Shown piece after piece: positions 22,242-32,934 of a DNA stretch of 64,000 bases (its first letter is position 1; each line of letters starts with the position of its first letter). The stretch comes from Rebecca billardiae RCC1528 (Eukaryota > Protista > Haptophyta). The notes under the pieces were generated by a model. The model was not told the DNA's origin. It was given only the letters and a program-made list of their open reading frames with translations, and searched no databases. The stretch lies in NCBI GenBank assembly GCA_965240325.2, contig OZ251243.1, positions 744,001 through 808,000 of the forward strand, read 5' to 3'. A program made the translations under genes and the position numbers.

Positions 22242-24298
22242 TCAAACCGGGCTGGCGGCGCGCGCGTGGATGCGCGCGGCCTGCTGCTCCAGTGCGGCCA
22301 CCTCCCGAAGCAGCTCGAGCGCGCCCTCGGATCCGTCTGCGCCGCCGAGCAGCGGGCTGCGGCGGTGCGCCGAGGCGGCGCGGCCCGGCATCGGCGCGCC
22401 CTCCGCATCGCGCGGCGCGCGCTCGGAGCGCGCGCTCGCGACGCGGCGCGAGCCGGAAGCAGCGGGCAGCGGCCGTTCCTCATCCGAGCTCGTCGTCACC
22501 AGCTGGCCGGCGACCAAGCGCACCTGCCCGCCCGGCCGCGGCGGCGGGACGACACGAGGCTGCGCGGGCTGGCGGCGAGGCAGCGCGAGCACGGGCAAAT
22601 ACGCCTCGCCCGTGGCGGAGGGCGGAGGCTTGAGCTGGTGGTAAGGATTGAAGACCAGGGCCGGAGGCGGCACGCCCGCGCGGAGCACCGGCTTGGGCAC
22701 GGCGAGTGAGCCCGCCGCGTGCGCGAGCGAGCGGCTCGCCGCGGCCGAGCCGTGCCGTGGCGGCCGGCCGCGCGACACGAGAGTGTGCGAGCTGCCCCCT
22801 GGGCCGATGTAGACGAGTGCCCGCGGCAGTGTGGAGGAGAGCGGCACCGGCGGCGGCGGGCTTGACGGGCGCGCGCCGTGCGACGCGCTCAGGGCGCTCG
22901 GCTGTGGCGCGCCATACAGCTACGGCCACCGGCGCGCGCGCGGTGCGTGTGTGTGCGGGGCGCGCGCGCGCGTGAGCGCGCGGGCGGCGCGGCGCGGCGC
23001 GGCGCCGGTGCGCGCGCGCGGCGCGGCGCTGGGAGTGGCAAGACCGCCCGAGCTCCGATCTGGGCCGATCTCGGCGCGCGCGGGCGCGAGCGCGCACCCC
23101 TCCGTCTGCGTGCGGGTGCGCCTGCTCCTGCTCAGCGCGCGCCAGCTGCCCGCGCGGGCCCGCGCCCGCATCGCCGCCGTACTCGGCGCCACCGCCGCCG
23201 TCCGCCGCCCCCCACGCCGCGAGCGGCCTCGCTCCAGCCGCGCGCCCGCGCCCGCCGTCTCCGCCGCGGCGTGAGTCGCGCCGCGCGCGCCGGTAGGCGT
23301 ACGCGTCCGCGCGCTCCTCACCCTCGCCGAGCAGCGAGAGCTCCGCGCGCAGCACGGCCTCGGACTTGTCGTCCGACAGCTGCGAGCCCTCGGCACTGCT
23401 GCCACACCAGCTGCCCGCGCCGCCCGCGCCGCCCGGCGCCGCGCCGCCGTGCGCGCCGCCGCCGCTGTATGCGCGCCGCGCGCGAGCGTACGCGGCGCGA
23501 GAGTTGGCGGCGGCGGCGGGCACGCGGCGGCGGCCCGCGGCGGCCGTGTGCGGGCGCGCGCCCGCGCCGCCGCCGCCGCCTGCTCCGAGCGGCGGCGAGA
23601 AAGCCGACTGCGGCCGCGGCGCGCGCGCGCCGCGCGCCGCCGCGCCGCCCGGCGGCGCGGCCGACGCGGCCGACGCCGGCCGCGTTGACGCTAGTGAGCC
23701 GAGCGCGGCGCTGAGCTGCTCCTCCGAGCTGGCGAAAAAGTGGGCCGGGACAAACGGCAGCGCGCTCGGCAGCGGCGAGTGCGGCACGGCGCGCAGCACC
23801 TCCGCCTCGAGCGCGCGCGGCACCTGCGCGCGCGGCGCACGCGCGCGCGGGCGCGCGGCGCGCGCGGGCGCGCGGCGCGCGCGGGCGCGGCGGCGGCGCG
23901 CGCGGCGGCGGCGCGCGCGGCGGCGGCGCGGTGGCGAGTGGTGACGCGCGGCTGAGCGCGTGGGCGCGCGGGCGCGCTCGCGCGCGGCGCCGCCACTTCC
24001 GGTGGGCGCCCCTGCCACGCTCGCGCCGCCGCCTCCGCCTCCGCGCCGCGCGCGCCGCGCGCCGCACGCACCTGTACAACTGGCTCGCCGCGCGCGTGCA
24101 GCAGCGCGAGCGCGCGCGTCGCGTGCACGTAACCGTTTCCCTCGTTGTAACGGCTTTCTTGGTTGGGCGCGCCGGGCGCAAAGACGAGCAGAGCGCCGGG
24201 GCGCAGGATGAGCGTGTTGCGCACGCGCACGGTGTGCGCCCCCGGGAACGACGTCTCGAGCACCACCGTGCCGCGCGCGAGCGGCAGCCTGCCCGCGT
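22242..24298 (-). CDS. Hypothetical protein, multi-exon or frameshifted, 5' end lost in the gap
   Basis: Protein-like segments in different minus frames (GTVVLETSFPGAHTVRVRNTLILRPGALLVF; ALPFVPAHFFASSEEQL; LVFNPYHQLKPP) separated by GC-repeat, intron-like tracts. Confidence 0.45.
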
Positions 24299-24398
24299 NN
24301 NNNNNNNNNNNNNNNNNNNNNNNNNNNNNNNNNNNNNNNNNNNNNNNNNNNNNNNNNNNNNNNNNNNNNNNNNNNNNNNNNNNNNNNNNNNNNNNNNN
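24299..24398. other. Assembly gap (100 N)
   Basis: Run of exactly 100 N, typical of an unknown-size scaffold gap. Confidence 1.
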
Positions 24399-25480
24399 GT
24401 GCTGGGTACAAGGAGCAGCAGCCGCTGCAGCGCGCGCCGGCGAGGTACCGCCGCCTCGCGAGCCACGTGCACAAGTCGCACACCGGCATGCGGCAGGACC
24501 ACCGTCTCTTCCGCAGCCCCTCGTCCGGGAGCGGGAACGAGGGCTCGGGCCCTTTCTCCGCCGCCTGCCCACCCGCCGGCGCGGCCGGGCCCACGAAGCC
24601 CGCGGCGGCGGGGCTGGGCGGCATGCCCATGCCCGAGGGGCGCAGCCCGCCCAAGGCCAAGGTGGGCTGGCTCGAGAAGGCGGGCGGCAAGGCCGGAATC
24701 CTCCGGATGCAGCGCTTTGCGCGGCGCTACTTTGAGCTGCGCGAGGGCATGCTCATCTGGTACGCATCGAACGAAGACATGACGCTCAACCTGCCCTGCC
24801 CATCGTGCTCGGCGGGGCCACTCAGTCTCACCGACTTCGAGGAGCCGCGCATGCGCGAGGACGGCTTCACCATCTGCCTGACCCCGCGGCCGCGCGCCAC
24901 GCACGGCGGCGCGTCGAGCGGGATCGTCGAGCCAATCCTGCTGCGGCCGGTGCGCAGCGGAGACCTGCGCGCGGCCAACACGTGGCTGCAGATGCTGCGC
25001 GCGCACCACGAGTTCTACACCGAGAGCGCTCGCGTCACGTTCGCCTCGCCAATGCAGCGGGTTGCGCACAGGCTGGCTTGCACCCCAGGCCTAATGAGGC
25101 CGACCGACGGCCTTCCCGGCCGCAGGCACACGCTGCAGGTCCAGTACTCGAGCGAGCCGCACAAGCCCAGGACACCCGCCCACGCGCGCTGGGACATTGT
25201 ACGGGTGGCGTTCGGGCTCGCCAGGAGCACGACGCATCCAAGCCCCGAGCACATCGCCATCGAGGCGCGCGGGAGGCAGCTCAAGCGCGCGGCCTCCGAG
25301 GCGTCCCTCGTCTCCTCGGCTGATGCTACCTCCTTCAGGGGCGCCACACAAATGGCTCAGGGTCGGAATGCGGCATTGACGTTTCGAGACTGCGCTGCCA
25401 ACGATGCTGCGCCAGTGGCACCGGGCACGGCCGGGCATCTGAATCGGCTCAGCGGCGGCTGGGCTGCCACTCTCCACTGA
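24399..25480 (+). CDS. PH-domain protein (frame open back to the gap; first ATG at 24488)
   Basis: KVGWLEKAGGK...RFARRYFELREGMLIWY...NTWLQML matches the PH-domain beta1/beta2 strands and C-terminal helix Trp. Confidence 0.7.
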
Positions 25481-25641
25481 CACAATGACACACATGCACA
25501 TTGTCAACTGACGCGCACAGTGCCGCCCGAGACCTTACTTAGTCCGCGGGAGTGAACCTCTAAGTCAAAGTGATGAGCATTGCCGCTCGCACCTCGGAAC
25601 CTGAGGCGCGGAGCAGACCATCCGATGTAATACTAATAATA

Positions 25642-27577
25642 TGACCGCGTTCCGCGGTCCTTCCGTAGAACCAACGTAGTTAGGGGCCCGCGGTGCACCC
25701 TCCGTCGGCTGCTGTCTCAGTCTGGTCATTGGTCAACATGGCGGGCCGATGAGGACTGTCGCCGCGGGCCCGCGCGAAGAAGTACGGACGGCGGCCGGGG
25801 CAGCGGCGCGCGCGCGCAGGGCGAGCCTGGGCCTTGAGGTGCTCGCGCTGCGCCACGCGCTCGACGACGGGCCGCTGGTCGCTCAGCCGGCGCGCCTCGT
25901 GCCGGCAGAGCGAGAGCGCGCACCACTCTGCTGGCCCCACCCCCAGCGGCCCCAGCCTGAGCTCACGGCGCTGCGCAGCCGCGCACCGAGAGGCGAGACC
26001 GACTACCGAGCGGAGCTCGGGGTGGAACGAGGCGAGCGGCGGGTCGCGCCTGCCGGCCGCGCGTGCGCGCCTGCTCCACCGCGCCACCGTGCTCGCCCGC
26101 CGCCTCCTCCGCCGCGTCGGCCTCGAAGCCACGGCGGCGGCCAGCCAGCCTCCGACCGAGGCGGAGCCCGTGCGTGCTCACTCACCCGGCGCGGTGGCGC
26201 CCTCGAGTCGACGGCCGTCTACTCCACAGCTGGCTGCTCGAGCTGCTGCACGGGGCGTCGCGACGAGGGCGCCGCGCGCGCCCAGCGCGTCCGTCGCCGC
26301 GTCGCGCAGCGCGTCGAGCTCGGCGCCGCGCTTCGCCAGCTCGGCGCCCAGCGCCTCCGTGCGCACTCGTGCTCATTCGATTGTCGTCATCGCGCTCGTC
26401 GGCTCCGTGGCGAGCCCGCGGGGCGGACGAGCGGACTACTGCGCGCCGCAGCAGGAGCAGCGCGCGGCGCGCAGCGCTCCGCGCGCAGCAGGGCCGTCTC
26501 CTCATCCACCGAGTGCACGGCCTGCGCGGCGGCGACGGCGGCGCGCGCCCGGCCGCGGGGGGACGCAAGCGCTGCGGGCCGAGATGAGTCCGGCCGCCGA
26601 GCCGCGGTGGCGGCGTCGGCGTGCGCGCCGGGCGAGGTGGGCGAGCTCACGCGGCCCGGGCTCAGCACGCCCGTGCACAGCGCCGGCCGCGGTGGCGAGC
26701 GCGCACCGCTCGGCCGCGGTGGCAACCGGCTGAGCGGTTGATGTTTCGGATTGTTTGAAGCCGCGAGGTCAGCGACGTCTCCGATGACTCGGCCATGATT
26801 GTGGTCCTCCTTCGCCCACGGGTGCTTTGTCGACCATCCGCTGGAGGCGCGCCAACGTCGGTACGGACAGCGCCTGCTTGAGCGTCGTGATGTGCATCAG
26901 CTCGAGCCGGCCGAAGATGGGCCCGCCGACGGCGATGATCATGATGTGCGCGCTTGCCGCTTGGGCACCCGTCCTCGTCGCGAGACGCTGGCGGGCGGGT
27001 AACCCGTTTTTCTTTCATATTATGGCAAAGGAGGTTCATCCATCGAGGCAGGCGGGTAACTTGGTTTATTCAGCGCTATTCAAAACAATCCCTTCATTAT
27101 GACACTAGGAGGTTCATCCATCGAGGCAGACGGGTAACTTGGTTGGACAGGCGCTATTGAAAAGAATCTCTTTTAATATGACGAGGCGGTTCATCCATCG
27201 AGGCAGGCGGGTAACGTATTTGAACAAGCACTATTCAAAAGAATCTGGCCTCATAGCTGTTTTCGACCCAAAACAATCAAACGTCGCTCGGCAAACTCGT
27301 ACTTCAGCATACAAGAGGGGTAGGAATACTCACTTGTTTCACCCCCGGGGTATCTGATCCCACGTCCGTCCATAGTAGATACAAGAATTGCAGCGGGCGC
27401 GGCCTTTTAAGCTGTGATGGACAGCATACCCCCCTCAAAAAGTCGAAAACTCACCCTCCAACAGCCCTCAAAATCGTCCCCCGTCCCCTTTTCTTTGATC
27501 AAAAGATCTTTTTGACAACGTAGTGAGGGCCCCCGGCGGGGCTCCACGCTACGCGCTCCGCCCTGCACCGCGGGCCA
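25642..27577 (-). mobile_element. Helitron2-like element, complete copy D (third unit of the head-to-tail array), cargo includes ~77-bp tandem repeats and a frameshifted gene-like fragment
   Basis: 5' TGGCCCGCGGTGCA at 27577. 13-bp perfect subterminal inverted repeat at 25685-25697. Terminal hairpin ends at 25642, followed by T. Confidence 0.8.
27030..27245. repeat. Three degenerate ~77-bp tandem units (GGTTCATCCATCGAGGCAG(G/A)CGGGTAAC core)
   Basis: Core seen at ~27033, ~27111 and ~27188. Confidence 0.85.
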
Positions 27578-29419
27578 TGACCGCGTTCCGCGGTCCTTTT
27601 CCGTAGAACGAACGTAGTTCGGGGCCCGCGGTGGCGGTGCACCCTCCGTCGCACCCTCCGTCGCGATCGAGAGTGGGCCCGCCCGGCCGCGAGCCCGGCA
27701 GCGAGTAGACTCCAGCGGCGCGCCGCCGCCCGCCGCGCGGCCGGGCGGGCCCATCGCAGCCGCCGGCGAGGCGCCGATTGTGTACAGTCGAAGTCATGGC
27801 CGACTGAGATCGTCGGCACGCGCTGCTGCTGCGAGATCGTCGGCGTCGGCACGCGCTGCTGCTGCGAGGGCTGCTCGCTCTCCAACTGACCGAGGCACTC
27901 GAGCAAGCCAAGGTATGCGCACGCCTCGTCGCAGCCAGCCAGGGCCTCCACAGTGATTTTGTACAGCACCTCGCACGCGTCCTGCTGCTGCTGCCCAAAC
28001 GCCGTTGTCCACCGACAGACCTCCGCGATCGCGTCGTGGAGCGGCTTGAGCAAGCTACGCGTCGGCCCCACCTCGCTGGGCCACTCGCAGTTGACATGCG
28101 CGAGCGCCAGCGAGCGCGCCATGCTGGACACGATGGGGTAGTGGTGCACTGCTCCGCCGCGGCAGATGTGGCGAGCGAGACGATGGAAGGGCACGCGAGC
28201 AGCGCGGCCAGCAGCGAGCCGAGGTAGCACGTGACGCCTAGGTTGAGCGTGCCCAGCAGGCTGAGCGAGCCGGCCGGGCGCCCCCGCTGCGGTTGTGCTT
28301 GCTCTGCAGCGGGCATTCCCCGCCGAGCGCGGCGAGTGCCTCGAAGCGGCTGCCAGCTGTTGGGCCGGATGAGGAGGAGGGAGGGAGCTGGCCTGCGGGG
28401 CGCGTGGTGAAGTCGGTGATCAACCGCGCAGCGCCACCGCTGCCGAGTGCGCCCTCCGCCGCCAGCACCTTGCGGACCTGGCCAAGGAGCTGCTTGATCG
28501 CTTTTGTTGACACGCCGTACTCGCTCGCGGCGCCGGGGATGGTCTGCTTGTGCCTGGCGACGGAGATGGCGGCAGCGGTGCTCTGGAACGTGGTGTTGTT
28601 CACCCGCGTCACCGTCCTCGAGTCGAGCAGCGCGTTCAATACGCGGCGAACGTAGTCCTGGTCGGCGTCGCCGGTCGAGGTGCTGCTTGCCATCGCCCCC
28701 CACGTGCGATCGGGCCCACCTCTGTTGTTTTGCGTCGGTGACGGGGCCGCGACGACTCGACGCGAGCATCTTCAATAATCTATGATCATCGTCAGGGTTA
28801 CTACGTGAAGCGGTAGAATAGAATTTCATTTACGAGCATTGATACGACGCGGCGCAACGTGAAGCGGTTTTTTTTAAGATTCGACGCGGTCTAATGACCC
28901 ATTGTTCATACATGTACATGAATGGGTCGTCATAAACGGCGGGCGGCTCATTTATGACCAGACCGGGCCCTGGGTGATTGATGATCAGAACCCGCAAAAG
29001 CTAGCGGCAGTCCAGCACACAAGTAATGAATTAATAACAAGCGCAGTCCAGCACACAAGTAATGAACTAATGGCCCGCGGTGCCGGCTGGCTATCTAGAT
29101 ACGTCGTCATCGCTCCTTGATGACCTTACGGCAATCTCATTGGCTGGAAAAAATCGCTTGTAACGGTTCGTTACGTTATGGATCCTAAAGGGCGTGAAGT
29201 TTTTTGGACGGGCGTCACTCCAATATGAACTTGTCGTGGGCGCGACCTTTGTCGCCGGATGGATACCTCTAGTGCGGTCTCAAAATTCGAAACTCGGTCT
29301 CCTCCAGCCCTGAAAATCGTCCCCCGTCCCTTTTTTCTTGATCAAAGATCTTTTTGAAACGTGGTTAGGGCCCACGGAGCGGGCTCCACGCTGCGCGCTC
29401 CGCCCTGCACCGCGGGCCA
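27578..29419 (-). mobile_element. Helitron2-like element, complete copy C (middle unit of the array)
   Basis: Both ends form exact GGTCA|TGGCCC junctions with neighbours (29420/29419 and 27578/27577). Confidence 0.8.
27790..28693 (-). pseudogene. Frameshifted, truncated ubiquitin-specific protease (peptidase C19) fragment carried inside element C
   Basis: Cys box LGTLNLGVTCYLGSLLAAL (~28260-28200) and QQQDACEVL box (~27995-27960) lie in different frames. No His box seen. Confidence 0.65.
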
Positions 29420-30441
29420 TGACCGCGTTCCGCGGTCCTTTTCTGCATAGAATCAACGCAGTTGGGGGCCCGCGGTGGCCGTGCAATCGCGGCTCTCCGC
29501 CGTAGTGGCAGTTCGCCAGTTGAAGTCGGTTCTGAGATGACTGAAGCTATTAGTCCGACCGTCGCCCTGCCTGCGCGACCGCGAGACTCATTCACACTTC
29601 ACACAATCACAGCAGCGGACCTGAGACCGCACCCGGCACCGGTCGTCAAATCGGACGTCCGTCTGACAACTAGCTGCCAAATGTCCAACTGGCTGATCAG
29701 CTCGGATCCGACCCGTCCGCGATCGTGCCATCGGCATCGGAATTACTACTAGTAGCTGCCAAACTGTGTCCAACTCTGGCTGATCAGCTCGGATCCGACC
29801 CGTCCGCGATCGTGCCGAGTGAGTCGTGCCGCGGAGCTCGGAGTACTGAAGGAGTCGGGTGTGACAGCAGGGTGCTTTAGCGCTGCGGCCCGTGCCAGCC
29901 AACGACCAGACGTACTCTGGCCACTTGACCCGTTGCACGGGTGAGTGACCGTACGCCCCGGCTGCCTAGTGCCTACCGCGCGCGCCGCGCGACCGGCGAC
30001 TCGGGGTGATGGAGAGCGGATGGCGACAGCAGCAGCAGTGCTCATGAAGACGATGAAACTGGCGGCACGGGTGCACGAGGTGGCAGGCGAAAGCGCGCCG
30101 ACGAGACCGCATTTGACACACCTGAGCCGCACGCGCGTGCCGTCGCCGAGCGGCGAGCGCTGCAAACGCGTGAACCGTACCGCGCGCGCCACGACGGCGC
30201 GGCACTAGCTGATGCAGGCCGTACTGCCGGCACTGCTTCTGCGATCATGCGCCACGGTCGCAGCTGACTGCGTGAGCAGCAAGCGGGAGGCGGGTCCGGA
30301 GGCACGTGCAGGCGCCGTCCCGCATATCCGCCATCGCCCATCGTGCCGGGGCACGTCACCTCCGACGATCCGGATGTGGCCCAGTCCGGACGTCACGCGA
30401 TCCGGGAAGACGAGTACGATTCGCTCGTAACGAACCGTTAC
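29420..30441 (-). mobile_element. Helitron2-like A-type copy, 5'-truncated at the internal GTAACG-GTT-CGTTAC palindrome
   Basis: Reverse complement of ~2865-3929 with small indels. Confidence 0.85.
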
Positions 30442-31315
30442 ACTAACTAGAGAGTGAGTTGCAGCCGCCGCTGCACGCCGGCGGCAGCTTCACGACCACC
30501 TTCAGACGTTCGCTTGGTTCGTATACCGGTAGCGGTGCGGACAGCGCTGCAGCCTGCGTTGACAACTGCGCAGGGCACGCATCAAGCGCGCGCCCCTACT
30601 GTCTACTGAGCCTCGGACGTGTAAGGCTGGTGGACGGCCGTAAATCGAAACAGCTGCAGGCGAGGCCCGGGGCGCAGATCCAGTCGAGCAACACTGATGT
30701 GCGCGCCGCCGCCGAGAGTTGCAGCAGCAGGGGCAGGCAGCCAGGTGCCAGCCGCGCAGGGCACGGCACGCATCAAAACAGTTGCAGGCGAGGCCCGGTG
30801 CGCAGATCCAGTCGAGCAACGCCGCCGCAACACGGACCGGCGCGCCACTCCGTCCGGAGAGATGTAAAGAGTTGCAACCGCCGGGGGCAGGTGACAACCG
30901 CGCAGGACACGCGTCAAGCGTGCGTGCGCCTCCTGAGCACCGGGCATGAGAGCGGCCGTCATCAGTTGCAGGCGACGCCCGTTGTGCGGATCACTCGATC
31001 ACTCGTCGAGCCGTCGGATCAATCGTCGGGCGTTACAGATCGGTCATCGGCCGCACGGTCGCGAGGTGCAGGCGAGGTGCAGGTGGAGGGCGGCCGTCGA
31101 CAGTTGCAGGCGACAGGGCGTGAGCATCCTGCTCACACATCACCCCGACGGTCCACACCCTCGGTCACAGCCCCGCGGCGCCCGCGGTGGCATCTCGACC
31201 TCCCGTCACTCCGTCAGGGCGGTCAGCCTGGCCCGAGCGGGCCCCCCCCTGACGAGCGAGTATCATCGCTGTTGATTATCAAATAGTGAGCCGCCTAACT
31301 TGAGTCGCGTCGACT

Positions 31316-31345
31316 GTGTGTGCACGTTAAAATCATAGTAAACTG
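31316..31345 (+). mobile_element. TA|CAGTTTACTA MITE right end
   Basis: GTGTGCACGTTAAAATCATAGTAAACTG|TA, as at 36743-36769. Confidence 0.6.
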
Positions 31346-31529
31346 TAATCGATCGACGGACCCTGATTGGCCCTCCATGTTTCGTCGAGAAGAATTTTCC
31401 TTCGGACGAACGGCAACTCGAGCGGAAAACATGTACACATCGCGCAGCCATCACTCGACAAAAGCGTACTCCGAATCTTTTCTTTCGAGGCCACTATGTG
31501 CGAGGACTGTCCCAACTGCAGACATGGTG

Positions 31530-31655
31530 GGTAGAACTCGTCGAAACGATTGTTTGGCGAGTAAAACCCGGCGAACCGATGGTCTTTCGGAGCAACATTC
31601 GTCGAACCGTTGGTCTGACGAGTAAAAACAGCCGAACCGATGGTTTTTTATAGAG
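31530..31655. repeat. Four degenerate ~30-bp tandem units (CGAA(A/C)CG(A/T)T(G/T)GT core), probably TE subterminal repeats
   Basis: Core recurs at ~30-bp spacing. Confidence 0.55.
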
Positions 31656-31742
31656 AAAACTCCGAATTGTGGGCATTTTCGTAACTAACCCGACATCTGT
31701 GCCGCGGATCCACTTTACACGATTAAGTAGAGTAGACTGTAC

Positions 31743-32870
31743 CAAGGGCGGTAAGGGCTGTCAACTCCCAGTGGCGGCGGTGACAGAGGTTGGTTCCCGC
31801 TTCGCTGCTGCGCGGCCTCGCTCCAGCGACTAACTCTCGTGGGCGCCCGCCTCGGGGGGCGAGTGGGGCGCGCACGGCGCGAGCTCCTGCGGCCGTGTAC
31901 GCGCGCGCGGAGGCGGCGCGCGCGGCTGGGCAGGTGCTAGGGAGTGTATGTCGCCCTCCCACGCCGCGCGCCTTGCTCGCCGCCGCTGTCGCCGCGCCTC
32001 AGGCCAGCGCGCACGCGTGCGCCGCCTCCAGAGCCAGCCTCGGGCAATCGGCAGCCGCCCGCGCATGTGTGGTGCGCGGTCTGGTCGGCGCGAGTCGGTC
32101 GGGGCCATCGGGCGAGGTTCGCATACTATAGACGCGCGCTCTGCCGCCGCGCGCCGCCGCGCATGGGCCCGGTACCATCCCGTGAAGCTGTTGAAGGAAG
32201 CTGATCGATGAATGCACGACAAGCAGAAATGAGCTCGAACACGCGACAGTGAGCGCCCATGCGCGTGATAGGCGGCCGCATTGGGTGCGTGTACGGCGTC
32301 CAATGAGTGCATTGCCCCGCTCTCCATCGCCTGCGCTCGTCTGTTGTGCTCTTCAGCGTCTCCATGAGCGTCCAAACATGAGCATTTTCGCATTCGTGCT
32401 GCAGTTTGTGTCAGACCTAAGATGCTTGCGTGTCGACCCATGACAACCGTGCGCGGCGGCGCGCGGCGGCAGAGCGCGCGTCTATAGTATGCGAACCTCG
32501 CCCGATGGCCCCGACCGACTCGCGCCGACCAGACCGCGCACCACACGCGCGCGGCCAGCTGCCGCGGGCCCGAGGCTGGCTCTGGAGGCGGCGCACGCGT
32601 GCGCGCTGGCCTGAGGCGCGGCGACAGCGGCGGCGAGCAAGGCGCGCGGCGTGGGAGGGCGACATACACTCCCTAGCACCTGCCCAGCCGCGCGCGCCGC
32701 CTCCGCGCGCGCGTACACGGCCGCAGGAGCTCGCGCCGTGCGCGCCCCACTCGCCCCCCAGGGCGGGCGCCCACGAGAGTTAGTCGCTGGAGCGAGGCCG
32801 CGCAGCAGCGAAGCGGGAACCAACCTCTGTCACCGCCGCCACTGGGAGTTGACAGCCCTTACCGCCCTTG
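31743..32870. mobile_element. Foldback non-autonomous DNA transposon with ~421-bp TIRs and 7-bp TSD ACTGTAC (P-element-like CAAGG termini)
   Basis: Arms 31743-32163 and 32450-32870 are near-perfect inverted copies. ACTGTAC at 31736-31742 and 32871-32877. Confidence 0.9.
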
Positions 32871-32934
32871 ACTGTACCCGCACAAGGCCGTGGCTCCCGA
32901 AGACTCGGTTTGGCGTGATAATGACCACACATTG

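Noticed and set aside
21406-22245. Possible decayed membrane-protein gene on the minus strand
   Set aside because: Stops and frameshifts with no recognisable family; insufficient support.
22480-25069. ORFs of 280-736 aa spanning the N run
   Set aside because: Artefacts of translating through the gap; the genes on each side are on opposite strands.
27030-27245. Repeat-spacer-like pattern resembling CRISPR (also 31530-31655)
   Set aside because: The 'spacers' are themselves similar, so these are degenerate tandem repeats. Eukaryotic context and no cas genes.
30459-31286. 275-aa ORF with CAGTTGCAGGCG-type degenerate repeats
   Set aside because: No domain recognised; probably TE interior, but the ends could not be defined.
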